A stretch of 64,000 nucleotides of DNA from Actinomycetes bacterium (GTDB lineage: Bacteria; Actinomycetota; Actinomycetes; Actinomycetales; Microbacteriaceae): contig JAEYVZ010000009.1 in NCBI GenBank assembly GCA_023431405.1, forward strand, positions 19,087-83,086, given 5' to 3'. Made by a program: the position numbers and the translations under genes. Shown here piece by piece: positions 26,825-39,276 of the stretch. The notes beneath the pieces are model-generated. The model was not told where the DNA came from and made no database searches. It was given only the letters and a program-made list of their open reading frames with translations. Numbering within the stretch: the stretch's first letter is position 1; every line of letters begins with the position of its first letter.

Positions 26825-28492
26825 TCACACCGAGACGCGCATGACCTCTTCGATGGTCGTGATCCCCTCGGCGACCTTGCTGAAGCCGTCCTCCCGCAGC
26901 GAGATCATGCCCTCTTCCAGTGCCGTCGTGCGCAGCTCGGTTCCGGTCGCGCGCGACACGACGAGCTGCTCCAGACGCTCGGTGACCTCCATGACCTCAT
27001 GCAGCGCCACGCGGCCGCGGTACCCCGTGCCCGAGCACTCCTGGCATCCGACCGCCCGATACAGCACGGGTGGGTCGAGGGGGTTGTGAGGGAACCTCAC
27101 CGATGTCAGCACATCGCGGCTCTCCGTGTACGCCTCGCGACACTTCATGCACAGGCGTCGCGCGAGGCGCTGCGCGACGACCGCCGAGAGCGCCGTGCCG
27201 ACGAGATATGGCTCGCAGCCGATCTCGACCAGACGCGTGAGGGCGCTCGGCGCGTCGTTGGTGTGCAGAGTCGAGAGCACGAGGTGTCCCGTGAGAGCGG
27301 CCTCGATCGAGATGGTCGCCGTCTCCTCGTCGCGGATCTCGCCCACCAGCACGACGTCGGGATCGGAGCGGAGGATCGAGCGCAGCGCCGCCTGGAATGT
27401 CATCCCGGCGCGCTGGTTCACCTGCACCTGGTTGATGCCTGCCATGCGGTATTCGACCGGGTCTTCGACGGTGATGACGTTGATCCGCGGGTTGGCGACG
27501 GTGTTGAGGGCCGTGTAGAGCGTCGTCGACTTGCCCGAACCGGTCGGCCCGGTCACGAGCACCATCCCGTGGGGACGCGTGATCGACGAGCGGAACTTCT
27601 GCTCGTTGCGGATCGAGAAGCGAAGATCCGACATCGTCAGCGACTGCGCGGAGCTGTCGAGGATGCGCATGACGATCTTCTCGCCCCACACCGTGGGGAG
27701 GGTCGCCAGGCGCAGGTCGATCTGGCGCCCGTCATGGTGCACGGAGAGCCGGCCGTCCTGGGGCTTGCGGCGCTCGGCGATGTCGACGGCGGCCATGATC
27801 TTCAGCCGGGAGATGACGCCGTCCTGGATGGCCCGGTCGGCGCGCTGCATCTCGTGGAGCACGCCGTCGATGCGATACCGCACGGTGAGATTGCGCTCAC
27901 CGGGCTCGATGTGGATGTCGCTCGCGCGGTCGTTGATCGCCTGAGAGATGAGGAGATTCACGAAGCGGACGACGGGGGCGTCGTCGACCTGCTCGTCGAG
28001 CGTCTCGGTGGCCGCTCGTCCGTCGGCGGCCGCAATCTCGCCGATCTGCTCCGAGAGGTCGATGAGCTCCTCGTCAGAGCGGAGGAAGCGGGAGAACGCC
28101 GTGTCGAGCGCGTCGGCGGCCACCACGACCGGGCGGACATTCAACTCGGTCGCTGTGGCGATGTCGTCGATCGCGATGAGGTCGGTCGGATCGACCATCC
28201 CGAGCACGAGGCTGCGGCGGCCGCGCTCGAGCGGGATCACCTGGTAGCGGCGGCAGAGAGCCGGTGGCACGGAGGCGATGGCGTCGGGGGTGAGCTCTGC
28301 CTCGGGGAGGTCGACGAAGGGGAATCCGGTCTGGGTGGCGACGGCGCGTGCCAGCTCCGTATGCGAGACGAGGCCGCGCTCGATGAGACGGCGCCTGAGC
28401 TCAGCGCCCTCGCCGTACTCCGCGACGGCATCCCAGAGGATGTCTTGGTCGATGGCCCCATGCTGCACGAGGCTTTCCGCGAGTCCCTTCAC
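26825..28492 (-). CDS. pilB: Type IV pilus assembly (extension) ATPase PilB / GspE family
   Basis: It has a T2SSE_N-type N-terminus, Walker A GPTGSGKSTT, GHLVLSTLHTND, and a tetra-Cys cluster (CMKC ... CQECSGTGY). The ORF extends to 28519; I prefer the GTG at 28492 because of its RBS. Confidence 0.9.
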   Translation of the reverse strand: MKGLAESLVQHGAIDQDILWDAVAEYGEGAELRRRLIERGLVSHTELARAVATQTGFPFVDLPEAELTPDAIASVPPALCRRYQVIPLERGRRSLVLGMVDPTDLIAIDDIATATELNVRPVVVAADALDTAFSRFLRSDEELIDLSEQIGEIAAADGRAATETLDEQVDDAPVVRFVNLLISQAINDRASDIHIEPGERNLTVRYRIDGVLHEMQRADRAIQDGVISRLKIMAAVDIAERRKPQDGRLSVHHDGRQIDLRLATLPTVWGEKIVMRILDSSAQSLTMSDLRFSIRNEQKFRSSITRPHGMVLVTGPTGSGKSTTLYTALNTVANPRINVITVEDPVEYRMAGINQVQVNQRAGMTFQAALRSILRSDPDVVLVGEIRDEETATISIEAALTGHLVLSTLHTNDAPSALTRLVEIGCEPYLVGTALSAVVAQRLARRLCMKCREAYTESRDVLTSVRFPHNPLDPPVLYRAVGCQECSGTGYRGRVALHEVMEVTERLEQLVVSRATGTELRTTALEEGMISLREDGFSKVAEGITTIEEVMRVSV

Positions 28493-28631
28493 GGCCCTTC
28501 CTCTCCCCGCACGTATCATATGCGCTTCTGTTACTGATGGGGAAGAAGCAGTCTCATGATGCTGGTGGGATCTCCTGAGCGCTGAGACAGGCGGTCCGCT
28601 CGAGAGGGCGGGCTGTGGGGGACGGCGGAGC

Positions 28632-29714
28632 GTGTCAACCCCCGCTCCACGCCCACCCGGCGCGGCCTATCCTGAGCCGATGAACCTCGCGCGCATCATC
28701 GCCTGGGCGCTTGCCCGCACACCTGTCCGAGCGTTCCTGCGCTACTCGGAGCATCAGGGAGCCATGCTCGCCGACAGCGTCACCTACCGCGCCCTGTTCA
28801 GCATCTTCGCCGGCGTCCTCCTCGGCTTCTCGATCGCCGCCCTGTGGCTTGCCGGAGACCCTGCGGCATGGCAGGCGCTGATCGACGCGGTCGACCGGGC
28901 CATCCCCGGCCTCGTCGGAGAAGACGGCATCATCGACACCGAAGCGCTCCGGGCGCCGGTGGGACTGTCGATCGCGGGCATCGTGTCTCTCATCGGACTC
29001 GTGGGCGCAGCCATCGGGGCGATCGGGTCGCTGCGCACCGCGATGCACGACATCGCCGACCGACCCACCGACGATCTGGCGTTCTACTGGGTCATCCTCC
29101 GCAACCTCGCGATCGCGATCGGTGCGGGGGCCGCCCTGGCGGCCTCAGCGGTCATCACCGTCATGGGAACCGCCGGCCTCGGGATCATCGCCGACGTGCT
29201 CGGCCTGCCCGAAGACCACCCCGCCGTCGCGTTCGGCACGCGCGCTGTGGCGCTCCTTGTCACTCTGGCGCTCGACACGCTCGCGGTCGCGGCGCTGTTC
29301 CTCCTGCTGTCGGGGGAGCGGGCGCCTGCCAAGGCGCTGTGGGCGGGGGCGCTGCTCGGCGGCGTCGGGCTGACGGTGCTGCAGACTCTGTCGGGGCTCT
29401 TCGTCGGCGGCGCCGGAGCCAATCCGCTGCTCGCGTCGTTCGCGTCGCTCATCGCGCTGCTGCTGTGGGTGAACCTCTCGTCGCAGGTCATCCTCATCGC
29501 CTCCGCGTACATCGTCGAATCCGCGTATGAGAAGCGCGACCGTGTGCGCGCACGCTTCGGTGCCACGACCTTCACCGAGCGGCGCGTGCAGCGCGCCGAA
29601 GACATGGTGCGGATCGCCTCGGGGCAGCTGGAGACAGCGCGAGAGGCGCTGGCGCAGGAGCGTGCCGACGGTGACGGGCGCCACGGCGGGCCTACGCGCT
29701 ACACCTCCCCGTGA
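28632..29714 (+). CDS. YihY/BrkB-family membrane protein
   Basis: It carries A..V.YRALFSIFAG and a multi-TM profile. Confidence 0.8.
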   Translation: MSTPAPRPPGAAYPEPMNLARIIAWALARTPVRAFLRYSEHQGAMLADSVTYRALFSIFAGVLLGFSIAALWLAGDPAAWQALIDAVDRAIPGLVGEDGIIDTEALRAPVGLSIAGIVSLIGLVGAAIGAIGSLRTAMHDIADRPTDDLAFYWVILRNLAIAIGAGAALAASAVITVMGTAGLGIIADVLGLPEDHPAVAFGTRAVALLVTLALDTLAVAALFLLLSGERAPAKALWAGALLGGVGLTVLQTLSGLFVGGAGANPLLASFASLIALLLWVNLSSQVILIASAYIVESAYEKRDRVRARFGATTFTERRVQRAEDMVRIASGQLETAREALAQERADGDGRHGGPTRYTSP

Positions 29715-29792
29715 TCCGCCGCGCGCGCTGGCGAACAACTGTGTAAACACTGGCGACCGGACGGCTGGGATCGGTCACAGTTCCCAGGTGCG

Positions 29793-32348
29793 GTGTGTAC
29801 CGTTTATCTCGTGCCACTCAACGAGAATGTCGCCGCAGAGTCACCGCGCCCCGGAGGGGCCTCGCGTCCCGCAGAGGTGACGCATCCGCTCGCCCTCGCA
29901 CCCGTCACGGGCCCTGCCAGTTCGGTCGACGGGTTCGTCCGTCAGTTCCTTCGTAACCTGAACTACGAGCGAGGCGTCGCGCTGTCGGCGGCGACCCCGA
30001 ACGACCGCTATGTCGCGTTCGCCATGACGGTGCGCGACTATCTCGTGGCCCGCTGGCTCGAAGACCAGCGGCGACAGCTGCATCAGCAGGCGAAGAGCGT
30101 GTGCTATCTCTCCGCCGAATACCTGCTCGGCCGGCAGCTCGACAACAACCTCCTCGCGTCGGGCCTGACAGATATCGCGACCGAGGCGATGGCCGCCTGC
30201 GGCATCGACATCGACGAGCTTCGCGCGCTCGAGGTGGAGCCCGGGCTCGGCAACGGCGGCCTCGGACGCCTCGCGGCCTGCTTCATCGATTCGCTCGCCA
30301 CGCTCGGCGTGCCGAACATCGGCTACGGCATCCGCTACGAGTACGGCATCTTCCGCCAGACCTTCGTCGACGGCCAGCAGGTCGAGCAGCCCGACGCCTG
30401 GCTCTCCATGGGCTCGCCGTGGGAGTTCCCGCACCCGGAGGCGGCTCAGACGATCTCCTTCGGCGGACGCACGGAGAAGTACGTCGACGAAGACGGGGTC
30501 ACCCGCAGCCGGTGGGTGCCCGACTGGAACGTGCAGGCCGTCCCCTACAACTACATGGTCCCGGGCTTCCTCAACGGCCGGGTCAACACGCTGCGGCTGT
30601 GGAGCGCGAAGGCGACCAACTCGTTCGATCTGCGTGTGTTCAACTCGGGCGACTACGAAGAGGCGGTGCGCGCCCAGACCTTCGCCGAGAACATCTCGAA
30701 GGTGCTGTACCCCGAAGACTCCACGCCGCAGGGCAAGGAGCTGCGTCTGCAGCAGCAGTACTTCTTCGTCGCGGCATCCATCGCCGATTTCCTGCAGCAT
30801 CAGCTTCCCGACGACTTCGACCTGGCCAAGCTGCCCGAGCGCGTGATCTTCCAGCTCAACGACACCCACCCTGTCATCGGCGTTCCCGAGATGATGCGCG
30901 TGCTCGTCGACGAGCGGAAGCTCGACTGGGATGCCGCGTGGGCGATCACCCAGCAGTGCTTCGCCTACACGTGCCACACCCTCCTGCCGGAAGCCCTCGA
31001 GGTGTGGCCCGTCGACCTGCTCGGACGCCTTCTTCCCCGGCACCTCGAGATCATCTACCGCATCAACGACGACTTCCTCGCCGAGGTGCGGGAGCGCTTC
31101 GGCGACGATGAGATGCGCATCCGCAACATGTCGATCATCGCCGAGTTCCCGGTGCGCTCCGTGCGGATGGCCTACCTCGCGACGATCGCCGGCGCGAAGG
31201 TCAACGGTGTCGCCGAACTCCACTCGCAGCTGCTGCGCGACAAGGTGCTCCCCGACTTCAACGAGTTCTATCCCGGCAAGTTCACGAACGTCACGAACGG
31301 CGTCACGCCCCGCCGCTTCCTGCGGCTGGCCAACCCGGAGCTCTCGGAGCTCATCACCGAAGCCCTCGGCACGGGATGGATCACCGATCTCGAGCGACTG
31401 CGCGAGCTGGAATCGTACGCGGAGGACCCGCAGTTCCGCGAACGCTTCCGTGAGGTGAAGGCGGCCAACAAGCGGCGGCTGTCGGAGGTGCTGCGAGCCC
31501 GCGACGGGTTCGAGGTGAGCGACGGGCACATGCTCGACGTCATGGTCAAGCGTCTCCATGAGTACAAGCGGCAGATGCTGAAGCTCCTGCACATCGTGAC
31601 GACCTACGAGGGCATCGTGTCGGGGCGGCTCACGGCATCCGAGGTCCAGCCCCGCACGTTCATCTTCGGCGCGAAGGCGGCTCCGGGCTACGCCATGGCG
31701 AAGCAGATCATCCACCTCATCAACGCGGTGGGATCGGTCGTCAACGCCGATGCCCGCGTCGAGGGCCGTCTGCGGGTGCTGTTCCCGCCGAACTACAACG
31801 TCACTCTCGCGGAGCGCGTCATTCCCGCCGCCGACCTGTCTGAGCAGATCTCGCTCGCGGGGAAGGAGGCGTCGGGCACGGGCAACATGAAGTTCGCTCT
31901 CAACGGCGCCCTGACGATCGGCACCGACGATGGTGCGAACGTCGAGATCCGAGAGCTCGTCGGCGACGACAACTTCTTCCTCTTCGGCATGAGCGAGCCG
32001 GAGGTGGAGGCGCTGTGGGCCAAGGGCTACAAGCCCGCGGAGTTCTATCAGCAGAACGACGAGCTGCGTCGTGCGATCGACCTGATCGCGTCGGGTGCCT
32101 TCTCGGGCGGCGATGCGAGCACCTTCGAGCCGCTCGTCTCGAACCTCCTGTATGACGACCGCTTCATGGTGCTCGCCGACTTCGCCGACTACATCTCGGC
32201 CCAGGCGCGCGTGGATGCCGCCTATCGCGACCAGGAGGCCTGGACCCGTTCTGCCATCCTCAACGTGGCACGCTGCGGCTTCTTCTCCTCCGATCGCTCG
32301 ATGCGCGACTACATCGACCGCATCTGGCACACGCCGCCCGTCATCTGA
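29793..32348 (+). CDS. glgP: Glycogen/maltodextrin phosphorylase
   Basis: It carries EPGLGNGGLGRLAACF and the PLP site EASGTGNMKFALNGALTIGTDDGANVE. Confidence 0.92.
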   Translation: MCTVYLVPLNENVAAESPRPGGASRPAEVTHPLALAPVTGPASSVDGFVRQFLRNLNYERGVALSAATPNDRYVAFAMTVRDYLVARWLEDQRRQLHQQAKSVCYLSAEYLLGRQLDNNLLASGLTDIATEAMAACGIDIDELRALEVEPGLGNGGLGRLAACFIDSLATLGVPNIGYGIRYEYGIFRQTFVDGQQVEQPDAWLSMGSPWEFPHPEAAQTISFGGRTEKYVDEDGVTRSRWVPDWNVQAVPYNYMVPGFLNGRVNTLRLWSAKATNSFDLRVFNSGDYEEAVRAQTFAENISKVLYPEDSTPQGKELRLQQQYFFVAASIADFLQHQLPDDFDLAKLPERVIFQLNDTHPVIGVPEMMRVLVDERKLDWDAAWAITQQCFAYTCHTLLPEALEVWPVDLLGRLLPRHLEIIYRINDDFLAEVRERFGDDEMRIRNMSIIAEFPVRSVRMAYLATIAGAKVNGVAELHSQLLRDKVLPDFNEFYPGKFTNVTNGVTPRRFLRLANPELSELITEALGTGWITDLERLRELESYAEDPQFRERFREVKAANKRRLSEVLRARDGFEVSDGHMLDVMVKRLHEYKRQMLKLLHIVTTYEGIVSGRLTASEVQPRTFIFGAKAAPGYAMAKQIIHLINAVGSVVNADARVEGRLRVLFPPNYNVTLAERVIPAADLSEQISLAGKEASGTGNMKFALNGALTIGTDDGANVEIRELVGDDNFFLFGMSEPEVEALWAKGYKPAEFYQQNDELRRAIDLIASGAFSGGDASTFEPLVSNLLYDDRFMVLADFADYISAQARVDAAYRDQEAWTRSAILNVARCGFFSSDRSMRDYIDRIWHTPPVI

Positions 32349-32385
32349 GGGCGAGTGCGCGGCGCTCGCGGCCTGCGGTCCGTCT

Positions 32386-33117
32386 TCAGCGTGCGTAGCG
32401 TTCGACGAAGTTGCGGAGGATCAGTCCCGTGTGTGCGACGGGCGCACGCCTCACCGCGGCGAGGGTGAGGTCGATCTCGTCAGCAGCGAAGTAGCCGTGG
32501 TCGGCGTACGCGTGGATGCGGGTCGTGATGCCCGCGAGGTCGAGCTCCGGGTGGAACTGCGTGGCGTACACGTTCCTGCCGACGCGGAACATCTGCACGG
32601 GGCAGGCCTCGCCGCGCACGAGCAGGGTCGCCGTGTCGGGGAGGGTGGAGATCGCCTCCTTGTGGCCGACGAATCCGGTGAACCGGTGCGGCAGTCCTGC
32701 CAGCAGCGGATCGTCGGCCCCGTCGTCGGTGAGCGAGAGGTCGACGACGCTGATCGGCTCCCCGTGGGTACGGTCGATCGTCGCGCCCTGGTGGGCTCCG
32801 AGCGTTCCGATCCCGTAGCAGGCACCGAGGAACGGGTAGTCCTGCGCGACCACGTCATCGAGGAGCGCGGCGAACTCCGCCTCCACCCGGTGCTGGACGG
32901 CCGACTTCATCGCCGCAGGATCAGACGCGTTGAACGGCCCGCCGCCGACGAAGATCCCCGACCAGTCCTCGAGGCGCACCGGTCCGAGAGAGGCCGCCTC
33001 CATGCGCACCCGGACGAGTTCCGCTTCGCTCAGGCCGCTGTAGCGGAGGAAGAGGGCGTACTCCTCGTCGGCGGGCACGTCTTCGGCGCGTGTGGCCAGC
33101 AGCAGGAAGGGTTTCAT
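32386..33117 (-). CDS. Class I glutamine amidotransferase (GATase1, GuaA-like small protein)
   Basis: It carries the nucleophile elbow GACYG and ATQFHPE. Confidence 0.85.
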   Translation of the reverse strand: MKPFLLLATRAEDVPADEEYALFLRYSGLSEAELVRVRMEAASLGPVRLEDWSGIFVGGGPFNASDPAAMKSAVQHRVEAEFAALLDDVVAQDYPFLGACYGIGTLGAHQGATIDRTHGEPISVVDLSLTDDGADDPLLAGLPHRFTGFVGHKEAISTLPDTATLLVRGEACPVQMFRVGRNVYATQFHPELDLAGITTRIHAYADHGYFAADEIDLTLAAVRRAPVAHTGLILRNFVERYAR

Positions 33118-33128
33118 CGGCTGTGAGT

Positions 33129-34079
33129 CTATGCGCCGACCCGTCCGCCGGATCGGGCATCGCGCACGTACGTCACCAGAGCATCGAGGGTCTCGGCGAC
33201 GGCCGGGTTGCGCGGGCCCTCGTCGCGGGCGACCGCCCAGTAGGCGAGCGGATGCGACCACACTCCGTCCAGCACGCGCACGAGGCGAGGGTCGGCGTCG
33301 GCCGCGAAGTCGGGAAGGATGCCGATGCCCGCGCCCGCTGCGGTCGCCTCGATATGCGCGAACACGCTCGTGGAGCGCAGCGACGGGGGAGAGGCGGGGA
33401 GCTCTCTGAGCGCCCGGTCGAGCTCGTCGACCTGGAGCGATGACTCGACGTAGTAGACGAGTGGATGCCGGGCCAGTGCGGCGATGCTCTCCGGCGCACC
33501 GGCATCCTCCAGGTAGCCGCGTGTCGCGTAGAGGCGGAGCGAGTACGCGCACACCGGCGTCGAGAACGCGCGCAGCACCTCCGGACGGCCGACGACGATC
33601 TCCAGGTCGACGCCTGAGCGGTGCTGGCGGGCCCGTTGCGTCGCCGTGAGCAGCTCGACCAGCAGGCGCGGATGCCGACGACGCAATCGGGTCATCGCGG
33701 GGACGAGGAACCGCGCGGTGAACGCCTCCGGTGCCGCGATCCGGACCACGCCGCTGAGGGCGTCGCCCTCGTCGGCGATGAGCTCCCGCAGCGACCCTTC
33801 GATGGCTTCCGCCGTCGCAGCCGCGCGGCGCCCGGCCTCGGTCATCTCCCAGCCCGATGGCGTGCGCAGGAGCACTCGGCCGCCCATGGCACGCTCCAGC
33901 GCGCCGATGCGGCGTGACACGGTCGAGTGGTTCACCCCGAGCGCCTCGGCAGCGGCGGTATACCGCCCGTGGCGGACGACGGCGAGGAAGGTCATGAGCG
34001 CGTCGAGCGGGGGCTGATCTGCCAGGCCCGACGGCGATGCGGGCTCGCGTGCGGCCGAGGGCCGAGATGACGCTGTCAT
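33129..34079 (-). CDS. LysR-family transcriptional regulator
   Basis: The HTH reads L..F..V...G.YTAAAEALGVNHSTVSRRI..LE. The start is ambiguous, between 34079 and 34115. Confidence 0.85.
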   Translation of the reverse strand: MTASSRPSAAREPASPSGLADQPPLDALMTFLAVVRHGRYTAAAEALGVNHSTVSRRIGALERAMGGRVLLRTPSGWEMTEAGRRAAATAEAIEGSLRELIADEGDALSGVVRIAAPEAFTARFLVPAMTRLRRRHPRLLVELLTATQRARQHRSGVDLEIVVGRPEVLRAFSTPVCAYSLRLYATRGYLEDAGAPESIAALARHPLVYYVESSLQVDELDRALRELPASPPSLRSTSVFAHIEATAAGAGIGILPDFAADADPRLVRVLDGVWSHPLAYWAVARDEGPRNPAVAETLDALVTYVRDARSGGRVGA

Positions 34080-34235
34080 CCGCTGAGTGTGCATCAGCGC
34101 ACGCCCGTCGTGCAAGATTGCCGTGCTTCTGTGCGTTGAGCGGCATACGGGATCGATCTAGCGTTGCCGTCAACGGGAACCGTCGCAGGCGACGGTGCCT
34201 GCGGTACGACTACCGGCGCGACGAAAGGATCACGC

Positions 34236-35203
34236 ATGGCGACCATCGCGTGGATCGGCCTCGGACACATGGGCCTTCCGATGAGCGGCCATCTCGTCGC
34301 CGCTGGGCATACCGTGCGGGGCGTCGATCTGAATCCTCAGGCGACCGCGGCCGCCGCCGAGGCGGGTGTCGAGATCGTGGAGACTGTCGCGCAGGCGGTG
34401 AGCGGAGCCGATGCATGCTTCACGTCCCTCCCGCGGCCGGAGCATGTGCGCGCCGTGTACGGCGAGGTCTTCACGCATGCCTCGCCCGACGCTCTCCTCC
34501 TCGACACGTCCACCGTCGACATCGAGACGTCCCGGTGGTGCCATGAAGAGGCGCAGCGGCGCGGCCTGGCCTTCGTCGACTCCCCGATCTCCGGCGGGAC
34601 CGCGGGAGCGGCGGCGCACACGCTCACCTTCATGCTCGGCGGGAGACCGGAGCATGTTCGGCGCGCCGCGGAGCTCGTCGCCCCCATGGCGGGCGCGGTC
34701 GTCGCCTGTGGCGAGCCCGGAGCCGGGATCGCTGCGAAGCTCGTCAACAACATGATGCTGTTCATCAGCGTCATGGCGATGTCCGAGGGCTCGCAGCTCG
34801 CCGAGCGCCTCGGTCTCGATGCCCGCGTCTTCTGGGAGGTCGCGTCGGCGTCTTCGGGCTCGTCGTGGCCGGTGAAGACGTGGTACCCGGTGCCGGGTGT
34901 CGTCGACTCTGCTGCGGCCAACCGCAACTTCGATGCCACCTTCTCGGTCGACCTCGCGCAGAAGGACTGCCGCCTGGCCGTGCAGGCAGGGGAGATGACC
35001 GGGGTGCACCTTCCGGCGGCGCAGCTCGCGCTCCGCCAGCTCGACGCCCTCGTCGAGGAAGGGCTGGGCGGCAAGGACTGCACACTCGTGGCGCGCTTCG
35101 CGTCGCCCGACGGCACGCTGCGCGGCTACGACCCCACCCTCGACTCTTCCCCCCACCCTCCGTCCGCCTCCGCGCAGGCGCCCTCATCCACAGGAGTCCA
35201 CTG

Positions 35204-35204
<1 letters not shown>
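34236..35204 (+). CDS. mmsB: 3-hydroxyisobutyrate dehydrogenase
   Basis: It begins IAWIGLGHMGLPMSGHL and carries DSPISGG. It is coupled to mmsA by a TGATG overlap. Confidence 0.85.
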
Positions 35205-36733
<1,529 letters not shown>

Positions 36734-36795
36734 ACGCGCCCATCCGAAGCGACGCGGCCGCATCGAAGCGACTAACCTGAACGGAGGAGGACACC

Positions 36796-37023
36796 ATGGC
36801 GATTGCACGACTGCACGGAGGCCCGCTGGACGGGCAGATCATCCCCATCGACGACGCGACGGGAACCCAGCTCATCCTTCCGTACAGCGAGACCCAAGTG
36901 GTCTACGAACGCGACGGCGAGCTCACCAACACGGGCGACGACGACGGGCCGACCTCCGCGGACTTCCGCTTCGTCGAGGCGCAGGACGACATCGATCCCG
37001 ACCCCGACGGCCGGGACGAGTGA
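36796..37023 (+). CDS. Small acidic hypothetical protein (75 aa)
   Basis: It has a strong RBS (GGAGGAGG) and high GC3. It is translationally coupled (GTGA) to the CYTH gene. Confidence 0.6.
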   Translation: MAIARLHGGPLDGQIIPIDDATGTQLILPYSETQVVYERDGELTNTGDDDGPTSADFRFVEAQDDIDPDPDGRDE

Positions 37024-37664
37024 CCGACGACGCAGAGCGTTCGCTCGAGATCGAGCGCAAGTACGACGTCGACGACACGACCCCCGTGCCCGACTGGCGA
37101 GCGCTTCCCGGCGTGATCGCCGTCGGGGAGCCCGAGCCGCGCGAGCTCGACGCTCACTACTTCGACACCCGCGACGGCACGTTGGCTCGCGCCCTCACCG
37201 CACTCCGGCATCGCACGGGCGGACCGGATGCGGGCTGGCACATCAAACGGTCCACGCCGGAGGGCAAGCACGAGACGCGCTGGCCCCTCGGTGACGTGCC
37301 GACCGATGATGACGGCGCCGTGCCGACGGTGCCGGATGCCGTCATCGTCGCCCTCGCTGAGACGGCTGCCCCGCCGTTCGCGGTGGTCGCCCGCATCCGC
37401 AACGACCGCACGGCCTACGCACTGACCGACGGCGCGGGTGCGGTCGTCGCCGAGTTCGTCGACGACCGCGTAGCGGCCACCGACGTGCGCCGCGGCGTGA
37501 CCACGCGCTGGCGTGAGTGGGAACTCGAGCTCGGTCCCGCTGCGCCGACCGAAGCGCCCGCTCGTGCTGCGCTGTTCGCTGCGGCAGATGCTCTCGTCGT
37601 CGCCGCCGGCGGAAAGGTCTCGACCTCCGACTCGAAGCTCGGCCGGGCGCTGGGGGCACGCTGA
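37020..37664 (+). CDS. CYTH (triphosphate tunnel metalloenzyme) domain protein
   Basis: The N-terminal EIERKY signature is followed by HYFDT and WEWELE. Confidence 0.8.
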   Translation: MTDDAERSLEIERKYDVDDTTPVPDWRALPGVIAVGEPEPRELDAHYFDTRDGTLARALTALRHRTGGPDAGWHIKRSTPEGKHETRWPLGDVPTDDDGAVPTVPDAVIVALAETAAPPFAVVARIRNDRTAYALTDGAGAVVAEFVDDRVAATDVRRGVTTRWREWELELGPAAPTEAPARAALFAAADALVVAAGGKVSTSDSKLGRALGAR

Positions 37665-37696
37665 CGCCGCCCCCGGCTTCGGCGGGGCGGCGTCAG
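37661..37696 (+). terminator. Perfect 13-bp-stem hairpin after the CYTH gene
   Basis: The stem pairs ctgacgccgcccc with ggggcggcgtcag. Confidence 0.6.
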
Positions 37697-37813
37697 CGAT
37701 AGAGAACCAAGATATCGTGCCGTCCGGTTCGGCGGAATGGTCATCCCGCCGCACCGGCAGGCTGCGCGCCGGCCGGCATGATCGCGTGTGCGCTGCACCC
37801 CGCGACGCGTGAA

Positions 37814-37841
37814 GGCCGGCACCAAGGAAGCGGTGCCGGCC
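37814..37841 (-). terminator. Hairpin downstream of lpdA
   Basis: The 10-bp stem pairs ggccggcacc with ggtgccggcc. Confidence 0.5.
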
Positions 37842-37866
37842 CTCACACGTGCGCGATGTGCGCGGA

Positions 37867-39267
<1,401 letters not shown>

Positions 39268-39276
39268 GTCTCAAGC

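Noticed and set aside
32386-34173. A single 595-aa minus-strand ORF covers both the amidotransferase and the LysR region.
   Set aside because: Only the C-terminal 243 aa (from MKPFLLLATRAED) resemble a GATase1 protein. The upstream part runs through the LysR gene in a different reading frame on the same strand.
34116-34235. The LysR/mmsB divergent region might hold a LysR T-N11-A box.
   Set aside because: Small inverted repeats are present (CGTTG-ccgt-CAACG at about 34193, TGCCG ... CGGCA). None has the T-N11-A geometry convincingly enough to call.
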